From: a virus
Lineage: Duplodnaviria; Caudoviricetes
Length of the DNA stretch: 64,000 nt
IMG/VR virus record: IMGVR_UViG_3300028888_000093
Span: 1-64,000 of that record
Strand: one strand, 5' to 3'
Position 1 is the first letter of the stretch. Each line of letters opens with the position of its first letter. Positions 8,904 to 17,897 of this stretch are shown here, piece after piece. The position numbers and the translations under genes are program-made. Under the pieces are notes generated by a model. The model was not told the DNA's origin and searched no databases. It saw nothing but the letters and a program-made list of their open reading frames with translations.

Positions 8904-11264
8904 ATGAGTAAAGAGACTTTAAACGAACAAATTTTAAGGGAATTTTTTGAAGACCAAATAAAAGAAGCATTGGATTTGGAAGGTGCAAGTAAAAAGGATT
9001 TGACTAAATTTGCACAGAGTAGGGTTGACAAAGTGTTAAACCACCTTATGGATAAAGCAAAAGGGGCAAAGGAAGGTGATGAAATATTGAACAAAGCAAA
9101 AGAATACGGGTTAAACCAAGATTATTTGCAGAGAAAGATAACAAAAGACGAATACAAGGAAGAATATAAGAGAAGACTTTCGGACCTTGTAAATGAAAAA
9201 AACGCAGTGATTACAAGATGGGTGAAAGATGGCCTACCATTGTTGAGAAAATGTGTTGTTGGAATGGGTTTAAGACAAAGCCTTGACAGATTCCAGAAGT
9301 TCAAAAGCGGAAACAGCACAACCAAAACTGGCACTGGTGACATAAAAACCGATGGAGGTGTTGTTTTAACACCGCAGGAAAAATCGGAAGTATTGTTGCT
9401 TAAAGATTTTCTAGACAAACTTGGTTTGAGTTTTTTATACAGGGATTTCGAGAGACAGAAAACAATTCAAACAAGGTTCGGTGTTGATGTGCAGAACAAA
9501 GATATAAACAACACAACAGATGTTGACAAACTGAACATCAATTTCGGCGATTTGTCAGAATCAGAATTAGTTCAATTTTACACGAGCAGAAAAGCCAAAA
9601 TCAACCATTGGGCTCAGTTTGTTAAAAACAAGGACAACGAAATATCTGGTTTACTTTCACAAATAGAAAGTGACGAAAGGCAACGTGCGCAAGATAGCAA
9701 AGAAGAAGACAAAAATGCCCCAAACATGTTTTATGATAAGAAAATTGGCGGAGATGTCAGGAAGTTGACAGCGTCCATGTATGAACAACAGATAGCAAAA
9801 AGGTATCTGGACAGGACATACGGAATGGCACTTGACTTTGGGGAGAACAACAACATGTTCAAGTTCGGTAATGCAAAAATAGACAACGACACTCTTGTTG
9901 TGAATTTCCAGGCAGCAATGCGTTGTCCAGCGTGGCAGCAGTGCATCATGAAAGATGCTTGTTATGCAAAGGTTAGTGAGGTAAACTATGACAACACACT
10001 GAATTCCAATTTAAAGAAGGGATTCATATGGGAGCAGACCAAAACGGATGATACATTAATGAGTTTGATGTCTTCGCTAATCAGGGCCTGTATGATTAAT
10101 TATCAGAAGGCAATCCAAGAATACGAAAAAACTCTGAAACCAGCAAAAAACAACAAAACAAAACAATCACAGCAACTTGAATTGGATTTGAATGAAGGTT
10201 ACAGCAAATTTAACACAGAAACATCGAATAAAATGTGCGAAATGACATTTAGTGATGTTTTGTCCGAGTATGGTCAGGATATGATAGACCTGTTGTCTAA
10301 AAACAAAAACGGTACCCTCATACGTTTGAACGAGAATGGTGATTTTATTGGCCAATGGCTTGTTGATGCTTGGGAAGCTCTTGCAACAGATTTCAAACTT
10401 GTTGGTATAAATGTTGCGGCATATACATGCAGGGCTTTGAATTATGAGTCTGTCAGGAACATGATATTGAACATATCACAGGCAAATTTGGTGACAAATC
10501 AGAATTCAGAGGCGTTCGCACATTATTTTTATGCAATAACACACGATGAATATGAAACTTTTGGTGAAACATATAGTAACAGGGATAATGATTTTAGAGT
10601 ACAAATAAATGAAGATGGTAAAATAACACCTTGTTACAGATATCTTTTGGATGAAAATGGTGAATTGTGTGGATATTATTATAAATGTCCTTGCGGTAGG
10701 GGAAAATATACATATCAAATGATTGATGCAAATCAAATAAAACCAAACCAAAAAATATTAAAGGTCAGTCGGATTCCAGACGCTTTCAAGGGAGCACCAA
10801 AAACAATTGAGTATCTTGGCTCATATTATCAATTGGTTGAATTAAAGGGAGAAGACAGCAAGGTTGACTGTTATAGGTGTAGGATATGTTATGGCAGAGA
10901 CGAAATGGGTGAAGGAATTAGATGTGAAAATGGCGAAAAGCCAAACAAGAATCTCCCAGTGTTTGTATTTGTGGCCGTACATGGTGAAAACCAAGGCGTT
11001 TTTTCAGATGACAACACAAACAGGAAGATTTTAGGCAGGGACATATCATATTGGGCAAATGCATGCAGAAACGCAATGACAAAGGAAGCTGGGTCAATAA
11101 ATGAGGAGGTTGCAAGCAATGAAAACATCGGAGCCAATGATGATTCGGTAATGAAACAGATTGCACAAAACATGACCGACAGCGTTGCCGAAATGATGCG
11201 TGGGAAAATAACACAAATCAACGAGGTTAGGGATAATTTCAACAAAATTTTAAAAACATTATAA
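8904..11264 (+). CDS. GP88-family-like Cys-cluster (radical-SAM-like) protein with long N-terminal extension
   Basis: GNAKI...CPAWQQCIMKDACYA (CX5CX5C), IRLNENGDF, AYT, KCPC, CYRCRIC and VAVHG occur in the order I recall for the GP88 family. Confidence 0.65.
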   Translation: MSKETLNEQILREFFEDQIKEALDLEGASKKDLTKFAQSRVDKVLNHLMDKAKGAKEGDEILNKAKEYGLNQDYLQRKITKDEYKEEYKRRLSDLVNEKNAVITRWVKDGLPLLRKCVVGMGLRQSLDRFQKFKSGNSTTKTGTGDIKTDGGVVLTPQEKSEVLLLKDFLDKLGLSFLYRDFERQKTIQTRFGVDVQNKDINNTTDVDKLNINFGDLSESELVQFYTSRKAKINHWAQFVKNKDNEISGLLSQIESDERQRAQDSKEEDKNAPNMFYDKKIGGDVRKLTASMYEQQIAKRYLDRTYGMALDFGENNNMFKFGNAKIDNDTLVVNFQAAMRCPAWQQCIMKDACYAKVSEVNYDNTLNSNLKKGFIWEQTKTDDTLMSLMSSLIRACMINYQKAIQEYEKTLKPAKNNKTKQSQQLELDLNEGYSKFNTETSNKMCEMTFSDVLSEYGQDMIDLLSKNKNGTLIRLNENGDFIGQWLVDAWEALATDFKLVGINVAAYTCRALNYESVRNMILNISQANLVTNQNSEAFAHYFYAITHDEYETFGETYSNRDNDFRVQINEDGKITPCYRYLLDENGELCGYYYKCPCGRGKYTYQMIDANQIKPNQKILKVSRIPDAFKGAPKTIEYLGSYYQLVELKGEDSKVDCYRCRICYGRDEMGEGIRCENGEKPNKNLPVFVFVAVHGENQGVFSDDNTNRKILGRDISYWANACRNAMTKEAGSINEEVASNENIGANDDSVMKQIAQNMTDSVAEMMRGKITQINEVRDNFNKILKTL

Positions 11265-11336
11265 CCGAAATATCATTTGGTATTCAGTTTCACAAACGAA
11301 CTAATGACAAGAAATTGTTATATAATACGTTAACGC

Positions 11337-11374
11337 AAAGCGCATTATGCTATTGGGGCATTGTGCGCTTTTTT
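11337..11374 (+). terminator. Intrinsic terminator
   Basis: AAAGCGCATTATGC...GCATTGTGCGCTTT plus T tract. Confidence 0.75.
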
Positions 11375-11397
11375 AATAAACATTAAAAACTATAGAG

Positions 11398-12195
11398 ATG
11401 GGAAGAAAGAAAGATTTGATGAAATCGCTTGATGACGAGGAGCTTGAGCTTTTAAACTGTAAGATGTACCCAGTCAAAAGCAATGTAGTCGATTTCAAAT
11501 CAACAAAGGTTCACATAAAATGCAAGAACCAACATCAGAAGGAGTTCCTGAAACAACTTGAAGACCCGAAGAATGTGATTTGTTTCGGCGAGGGCGCCGC
11601 TGGTACGGGAAAGTCGTTCATTTCATTGTCATACAGCCTTAAGCAGCTGTTAAACGGAAACTGTAACAAGATAACGATAATAGTGCCAACATGTCCATCT
11701 GGTGGAGACGGAATTGAAATTGGCTATTTAAAGGGAAACTACGAGGACAAAATAAGTCCGTTTCTTGAGGCTGATATTGACACGATGAAGAAAATCTTAA
11801 AGAAGAGCGGGAATGTCAACTACAATGACATTATAAATTATTTTATAAAAGAAGGCAAGATAGATTTTCAGATTGTAAACTACATAAGGGGAAAATCCAT
11901 AAACGGTATTATACTAGTCAACGAATGCGAGCAATTCACAAAGGAAAACTTGAAATTGATACTGACCAGAATCGAGGATGATGATACTGTTGAAGATACA
12001 ATAACAAAGGTTATTATAACTGGTGACCTAACACAGTGTGACAGAAAGGTTATTAACAACAACAAGAACAAATCTGGAATGGAATATGCGATAGAGACAT
12101 TGAAAGAACTTGATGAGGTGTCTGTTACAAGGTTCGATAGTGGAGATGTGGTAAGGTCGAAGATAGTGTCAAAGATACTTGACTTATGGGAATAA
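11398..12195 (+). CDS. phoH: PhoH-like ATPase
   Basis: GAAGTGKS, IGYLKG, YIRGKS, LILTRI, TGDLTQCD, DVVRS. Confidence 0.92.
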   Translation: MGRKKDLMKSLDDEELELLNCKMYPVKSNVVDFKSTKVHIKCKNQHQKEFLKQLEDPKNVICFGEGAAGTGKSFISLSYSLKQLLNGNCNKITIIVPTCPSGGDGIEIGYLKGNYEDKISPFLEADIDTMKKILKKSGNVNYNDIINYFIKEGKIDFQIVNYIRGKSINGIILVNECEQFTKENLKLILTRIEDDDTVEDTITKVIITGDLTQCDRKVINNNKNKSGMEYAIETLKELDEVSVTRFDSGDVVRSKIVSKILDLWE

Positions 12196-12200
12196 GTCTG

Positions 12201-12245
12201 AAAAGCGGGGAAACATTTTGTTTTTCCGCTTTTTTTATGTATAAT
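12201..12245 (+). terminator. Intrinsic terminator overlapping a sigma70-type promoter (TTGTTT-N16-TATAAT)
   Basis: AAAAGCGG...CCGCTTTT stem with T tract; TTGTTT 12218-12223 and TATAAT 12240-12245. Confidence 0.7.
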
Positions 12246-12266
12246 GGTTGAAAAATATTGTAACTA

Positions 12267-13490
12267 ATGGGTCAACCAGTAAGACAGATTATAAAAGACA
12301 CACATCCAGAGCTTAGTGCAAAGCCGTTCTATACTCTTTTGGTGGACGGAAACAATGTTTTGCGTGCCTCCATGGTTGATAGTAAAATAAATTCAGACGG
12401 AATTCACTATGGTGGTATATTCCAGTTTTTCCTTGCCTTGAAGATACTTATGAAGCAGGTTAAATATGATTATGTATATGTTGTTTTTGACGATTCGGCA
12501 AGCGGAATATTGCGTTACAAGGAGTATCACTTATATAAACAGAACAGGGACAAGAATTATGCCCAGCAAATGATTGGTGATTCGGAAGAGTCTGATTATT
12601 GGAAAAGATTGAACCAGACAATAAACAGCATGCAGAAATACCTGTACAATAAAAACAAGAAAAAGAAGGATATTTCCAGCATGACAGATGAAGAAATCGT
12701 GAATTATACAAAGAAGCAATACGAAAAAGAGATAATTGATGAGAATTTCGACAGAGAGAGAAACATAATAATGGAGTATTGCGAGGAAATGTCAATAAGG
12801 GTGTTGTTTGATGACAGGACAGAAGGTGATGATATAATCGCGTATTATGTAAACCATAAGCAGCCTGAAGAACGAATCGTAATAGTAAGTGCAGACCAGG
12901 ATTTAACCCAGCTTATATCACCAACAGTTTCAGTTTATGACAGAAACACTAAAAAATACTTAAAATATAGTAATTTTCAGAAATTAAAAGGGTATCCAGT
13001 TGAAAATGTTCTTATAAAGAAGATTTTTTGTGGTGACACATCAGATAACATAGGAAACATAAAGGGTTTATCAGAGGTCCGATTATTCGAGTTGATGCCA
13101 GAAATCAAGGAGCGTCCTGTTACAATTGACGAGGTTAAAGAGAGAGCACAAAAATTAATAGATGAAAGGGTTAAGAATAAGAAAAAACCCTTGCAATGGC
13201 ATGAAAACATCATAAATGGTGTTTCAAATAAAGAATACGATGGTGATTTTTATGAGATTAACAAGAAGATAATTGACTTAAAACACCCTTTGCTAACCAA
13301 AAACGCTGAAAATGTTGTGGAAGCCACAATGTATGCTCCAATGGACCCAGAAGGCCGTTCTTATGGGAACCTTTACTCTCTGGTAAAGAGAGACAATATC
13401 GAGGATTTGTTGGATGAAAAAGCGTTTGCGAGATTTTTCCTTGAATTCAAGGAACTGTCCGACAAGGAGAAAAAAAGATTTGAGGAGTAG
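12267..13490 (+). CDS. 5'-3' exonuclease / flap endonuclease (T4 RNase H-like)
   Basis: LLVDGNN, VVFD, YKQNR, EGDDIIA, SADQDLTQL, GDTSDNIGNIKG. Confidence 0.92.
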   Translation: MGQPVRQIIKDTHPELSAKPFYTLLVDGNNVLRASMVDSKINSDGIHYGGIFQFFLALKILMKQVKYDYVYVVFDDSASGILRYKEYHLYKQNRDKNYAQQMIGDSEESDYWKRLNQTINSMQKYLYNKNKKKKDISSMTDEEIVNYTKKQYEKEIIDENFDRERNIIMEYCEEMSIRVLFDDRTEGDDIIAYYVNHKQPEERIVIVSADQDLTQLISPTVSVYDRNTKKYLKYSNFQKLKGYPVENVLIKKIFCGDTSDNIGNIKGLSEVRLFELMPEIKERPVTIDEVKERAQKLIDERVKNKKKPLQWHENIINGVSNKEYDGDFYEINKKIIDLKHPLLTKNAENVVEATMYAPMDPEGRSYGNLYSLVKRDNIEDLLDEKAFARFFLEFKELSDKEKKRFEE

Positions 13491-13593
13491 TTAAAAAACT
13501 GAATGTTGTTTTTTTTTTTTAAAAAAAAATGTAATATTGTTCATATTGATTACAAGTTTTATTAACATATTGTTTAACTTAAATTTTATTTAA

Positions 13594-14352
13594 ATGACAG
13601 ATTTTAAAAAGAAGTCCAATGAACCTAGAGACTATAAAGAGCGGTTCGAGTTTGTTTTGACAACAGGCGGAAACATTATTTGCCAACGTTATTTCAGAAT
13701 CAACAATTTCAACCCTACATGTCTGAAATCATATGAGCTTACGCGAGCTATTAGGAATGCAGCGGCAATCATCGACCAAGACATCAAGGACAAGACAAAC
13801 ACCTATCTTTCCATTTTTGCACCAAGAGTTTTTGAAACAAAGGAACAAATGTCCAATTATTTCGAAAACAAAAACCATTGGGACGGAATGCAGTACGGAG
13901 AAGGCATTATCGTAAAAGAAGACAAGGTAACCGATTATTCATGGAGTGACGAAGGTCCGAAACCGCTTGGTTATAAATTTGACGATGGTGAATTTACAAG
14001 TGGAGTTACGACAGATAAGGTGACAAGCTACCAATTCACATTTAAGGTGGATGGAAGAGACGCTTGTACCGTTCAGTGGGACGGAATATATCCGAAATTT
14101 GTACGCGAAAGAATTGATTTGTCAAACAAGAGAGGTAAGTTTGTCGGTGAAGATGTTTCCAGATTGAATTTCGAACAATACCTTCTCTACAAGATGGTGA
14201 AGGACAAGGAAGATTTGGTGTATGGTATCATTAAAAACATTTGTATTGCATGCAGTTATGATGATGCAACTGAATATACCATCGAGGATAATGAAATTAT
14301 AAATTCTTGGAACTACAACAACCAGGAGATTCTTTATAAAACCGTAAAATAA
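13594..14352 (+). CDS. Hypothetical protein upstream of helicase
   Basis: 252-aa ORF, NIICQRYF; no recognised family. Confidence 0.8.
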   Translation: MTDFKKKSNEPRDYKERFEFVLTTGGNIICQRYFRINNFNPTCLKSYELTRAIRNAAAIIDQDIKDKTNTYLSIFAPRVFETKEQMSNYFENKNHWDGMQYGEGIIVKEDKVTDYSWSDEGPKPLGYKFDDGEFTSGVTTDKVTSYQFTFKVDGRDACTVQWDGIYPKFVRERIDLSNKRGKFVGEDVSRLNFEQYLLYKMVKDKEDLVYGIIKNICIACSYDDATEYTIEDNEIINSWNYNNQEILYKTVK

Positions 14353-14373
14353 ACTTATTGAAATTGTAATTAT

Positions 14374-15879
14374 ATGGCTGCAAAACAATTAGATAAAAGT
14401 AATCTTGGTTACTTGGGTGTTGAATACCAATATAAATTGGTGAAGTGTTTTGTTGAGGAGCCTAACTTTTTCAATGAGTTGTATGCTGTTGTTGACCAGA
14501 ATTATTTTACGGATACGTTGTTGAGAACGTTTGTTGGGGCCATGAAGGATTATTATAGGGAAAACAATATAACACCTAGCTATGACATGATTCAGATTGT
14601 CCTCAACAAACGGTCAAAGACTGACATTGAGGTTAAAGAGTGGGATGACCTAATTGCATTGCTTAAAAAAACAACGCTTGAAGGGTATGTTGTAGTTAAA
14701 GATTTAGCAGTTAAATTCTTTAAACAACAAAGACTCATAAAGGCTGCACATCAAATTATCGAAAAGGTTGGCAGGGGAGATGTTGAACAGTATGATGATT
14801 GTCTTAAAATCATACAAGATGCAATTACAGCTGGCGATGACGATGATATGGGTCATTCAGTCGGTGATTTTCAGGATGCTGCTTTGTCAAAAGACTACAC
14901 AATATCAGTTCCAACTGGCATATCAAAACTAGATGAAACACTTGGTGGTGGTCTTGATAAGGGTAAGGTTGGATTGTTTATGGCCGCTCTTGGTATGGGT
15001 AAAACAACATATTGTACTGCAATCGCTTCATATGCGGCAACACACAAGTGTGATATGAATAACAATAGTGGTTGGAAAGTATTACAAATATGCTTTGAAG
15101 ACGACTATGTGGATATTACGCGAAAACACATATCAAGAGCCACACAGATTGAAGCCAGTGAAATCAGAAGGTTTGATGAGGCACAGAAACAGGAAACCAA
15201 CTATATTCTGAACGTAAGTTCAGATTGGGATATGATTAAGCATAACATCAAGTTGATGAAAATGCGCACTGGTGAGATAACGGCTACATATATTGAGAAG
15301 AAAATCCAAAAGCTGACAAATCAAGGTTTCAAACCAGACTTGGTTTTGATTGATTACTTCGAGTGTCTTGAATATGAGAAGACAGGTATTCCAAACGACA
15401 CTGAGTGGAATCGGGAAGGCAAAACAATGAGAAAACTTGAAAATATGGCGAAGGATTTAAACATTGCCATTTGGGTTACAACGCAGGGAGGAAGAGGAAG
15501 TATCACAACCGAACTGTTAAAGGCTGACGGAGGTGGTGGTTCCATCAAAAAACAGCAAATTGCACAGGTTATCATTTCAATCACCAGAGACCTCGAAGGA
15601 CAAGATAAGAATTCAGCAACGTTGGCCGTACTTAAAAACAGAAGCGGAAAGGCTGGAAAGGTTTTCCATAATGTAAAATACAATAACGGAACCAGTACTA
15701 TTTCGTGTGATGATGTTATGGAATTTGACAACAGCCTTGCTTGGGAGGAAGAGCATGACAAGATTAAAGAAACGCAGAGAATCAACACTTTAAGGGAACT
15801 GCAAAAAGTACAACAACAAAAGAAAAACAGTGAAAATAGAGGGTTTATTGCAAAGATACCACCGAATACTAAGTTTTAA
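14374..15879 (+). CDS. DnaB/gp41-like replicative helicase
   Basis: VPTGISKLDETLGGG, Walker A AALGMGKTT, LIDY, WVTTQ, KNRSG. Confidence 0.92.
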   Translation: MAAKQLDKSNLGYLGVEYQYKLVKCFVEEPNFFNELYAVVDQNYFTDTLLRTFVGAMKDYYRENNITPSYDMIQIVLNKRSKTDIEVKEWDDLIALLKKTTLEGYVVVKDLAVKFFKQQRLIKAAHQIIEKVGRGDVEQYDDCLKIIQDAITAGDDDDMGHSVGDFQDAALSKDYTISVPTGISKLDETLGGGLDKGKVGLFMAALGMGKTTYCTAIASYAATHKCDMNNNSGWKVLQICFEDDYVDITRKHISRATQIEASEIRRFDEAQKQETNYILNVSSDWDMIKHNIKLMKMRTGEITATYIEKKIQKLTNQGFKPDLVLIDYFECLEYEKTGIPNDTEWNREGKTMRKLENMAKDLNIAIWVTTQGGRGSITTELLKADGGGGSIKKQQIAQVIISITRDLEGQDKNSATLAVLKNRSGKAGKVFHNVKYNNGTSTISCDDVMEFDNSLAWEEEHDKIKETQRINTLRELQKVQQQKKNSENRGFIAKIPPNTKF

Positions 15880-15891
15880 ACCAAACAACAC

Positions 15892-15919
15892 AAAGCACGC
15901 TGAAAGGTGTGCTTTTTTT
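15892..15919 (+). terminator. Intrinsic terminator
   Basis: AAAGCACGC-loop-GTGTGCTTT plus T tract. Confidence 0.8.
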
Positions 15920-15930
15920 GCATGAAACAA

Positions 15931-15938
15931 CTATTTAT
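15931..15938 (+). promoter_or_regulatory. Putative late promoter CTATTTAT
   Basis: Between the helicase terminator and ATG 15953. Confidence 0.65.
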
Positions 15939-15952
15939 GAGAAAATAGTGAA

Positions 15953-16510
15953 ATGGAGAAGAGACAAATAATAAAGATTAACGAAAACAAGTTACAGCAT
16001 ATTATAATGGAATCAATCAAGATGGTCCTAAACGAATCAACGAATGTTGTTGAAACAGTCAATGATTTGATAAATGCAGCAAACCAGGCATATATTGATG
16101 CTGTTAACTTTACTGGTGACAAATATGCTTTAATGGGTAAAGATGGTATAAGTTATGGTTTGAAAGAACTGGTCGCACTTAAACGTGGACGTGTGATAAT
16201 AACCTACGATGATATCTATAACAGCCATATTGACATGAATGTAAAAGTGCTTGAGAAAAGAAACGGAAAAATATACATTATAAACGGTGATTATTTCGAT
16301 GAAGGCTGGAAAGATGTCAGAAAAGAATTAAACCAAATAATCAAGGATGCTGAAAGGGCAAAACAACATATGCAGAATTACGACCCAAATTGGGAGGATG
16401 CAGACACGTTAGAAGACTTTAAAGCAAATAAAGCCAAAATGAAGAATTTCAATAAGTCGATTGGATTAAAGGCAGACACTGGCTTGGACCAAATTAGAAA
16501 TAACTTTTAA
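15953..16510 (+). CDS. Hypothetical late protein, candidate internal head protein
   Basis: N-terminus IKINENKLQHIIMESIKMVLNES carries repeated [I/L]-x-E; late motif upstream. Confidence 0.6.
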   Translation: MEKRQIIKINENKLQHIIMESIKMVLNESTNVVETVNDLINAANQAYIDAVNFTGDKYALMGKDGISYGLKELVALKRGRVIITYDDIYNSHIDMNVKVLEKRNGKIYIINGDYFDEGWKDVRKELNQIIKDAERAKQHMQNYDPNWEDADTLEDFKANKAKMKNFNKSIGLKADTGLDQIRNNF

Positions 16511-16605
16511 AAGTTATATTCAAATCGTTTGAATTTTTTAAAGAAATTCGAAATTATTATTTACCCAAAAGAGTTTGTTTTACCACCCGTTGCGGCAGTT
16601 TATTA

Positions 16606-16634
16606 TTGACAGAAAAAGCACAATCCCTTATATT
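16606..16634 (+). promoter_or_regulatory. sigma70-type promoter TTGACA-N17-TATATT heading the glycosyltransferase cluster
   Basis: Consensus -35 at 16606-16611, -10 at 16629-16634. Confidence 0.7.
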
Positions 16635-16658
16635 ATTCTATATTGAAAATAGGTTAAT

Positions 16659-17894
16659 ATGAGGGATATTATTTCTGCAATAGTGATTGACAAAGATTAT
16701 GTACAGCACAATTACTCCTTGGTGAAAACAAATACGGAAAACGCGAGGTGTGAGGAATATATTGGTTTAAAGATATTAGACAACGATTCCGACATTTTGA
16801 AAGAGCTGTCTGATTTCAGGGGAGTTGATGCGGTTATAACAATAGGAGGAAATTTCATTGATTTTAAAGAAATGATGAAGCTTCCGTTCGAATACAGAAA
16901 AAAGTGGGTACATTTCACAGAATTCAGTGCTGAACGTGTTTCAAATGCGATAATTGCAACGTTCAAATCCAATATAAACAGAGAACACACCAAACTGTTT
17001 TCAATATTCACTTGCACTTATAAGACAGGTTTTGGAAAATTAGCAAGACTATATAATTCATTGCTGGCCCAAACATACAGGGAATGGAATTGGTTTGTCA
17101 TTGACGACAGTGACGACAATAATGAAACAGTTAATATATTGAAATCATTTAATGACCCAAGGATAACAATTATTCAAAATGTAACAAATCATGGAAATAT
17201 AGGTTTTAACAAACACACAATTGCTATGATGTGCAATGGCGATTACCTTGTTGAAGTTGACCATGACGACGAACTTTCAGATGATTGTTTGGAATTGTTG
17301 CTAAAGGCATTTAACACATACAAGGACACTGACTTTGTTTATTCTCTTGCGGCTGAATTCAAAGGAAATACTGGAAAATGCATAGTGTACGGTGACGGAT
17401 GGGGACATGGTGAGGGATTAACCAAGGAAGAGCTCATAAAAGGTGAGAAACTGAAAATCTCGGCAACACCAAACATAACACCATTCACAATCAGGACTAT
17501 ATATGCAATGCCGAATCATGTTAGGTGTTGGACTAGGGAATTTTATCACAAGATTGGTGGTCACAACATGGATTTGTCAGTATTGGATGACATGGAAATA
17601 ATCATAAGGACATTTTTACATGGAAAAATGACAAAAATCGACAAGGTCTTGTACTACCAATATGAGGGAGAAGGAGAGCGTGGAGTAAACAAAGACAACA
17701 CCCAGTCAAAACGGTTTGGAGAAATCCAAAGGACGGTGTGGTATATAAAGGATGTGTATGACAAGAAGATACACGAAAGAATCCTTGAATTAGGGTTTGA
17801 AGACCAAGCGTGGAACGAACAGCTTGGTTGTTCACAACTATGGAAACAGCACACACCAAATGAAAATGTAATGAATAATGTTTTAACAATTTAA
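16659..17894 (+). CDS. Glycosyltransferase, GT2 family
   Basis: FSIFTCTY, WNWFVIDDS, EVDHDDEL, LDDMEIIIR. Confidence 0.88.
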   Translation: MRDIISAIVIDKDYVQHNYSLVKTNTENARCEEYIGLKILDNDSDILKELSDFRGVDAVITIGGNFIDFKEMMKLPFEYRKKWVHFTEFSAERVSNAIIATFKSNINREHTKLFSIFTCTYKTGFGKLARLYNSLLAQTYREWNWFVIDDSDDNNETVNILKSFNDPRITIIQNVTNHGNIGFNKHTIAMMCNGDYLVEVDHDDELSDDCLELLLKAFNTYKDTDFVYSLAAEFKGNTGKCIVYGDGWGHGEGLTKEELIKGEKLKISATPNITPFTIRTIYAMPNHVRCWTREFYHKIGGHNMDLSVLDDMEIIIRTFLHGKMTKIDKVLYYQYEGEGERGVNKDNTQSKRFGEIQRTVWYIKDVYDKKIHERILELGFEDQAWNEQLGCSQLWKQHTPNENVMNNVLTI

Positions 17895-17897
17895 ATT

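Noticed and set aside
16511-16605. Intergenic stretch with a small hairpin (TTCAAATCGTTTGAA) as possible ncRNA or tRNA
   Set aside because: No cloverleaf, T-loop or extended structure.
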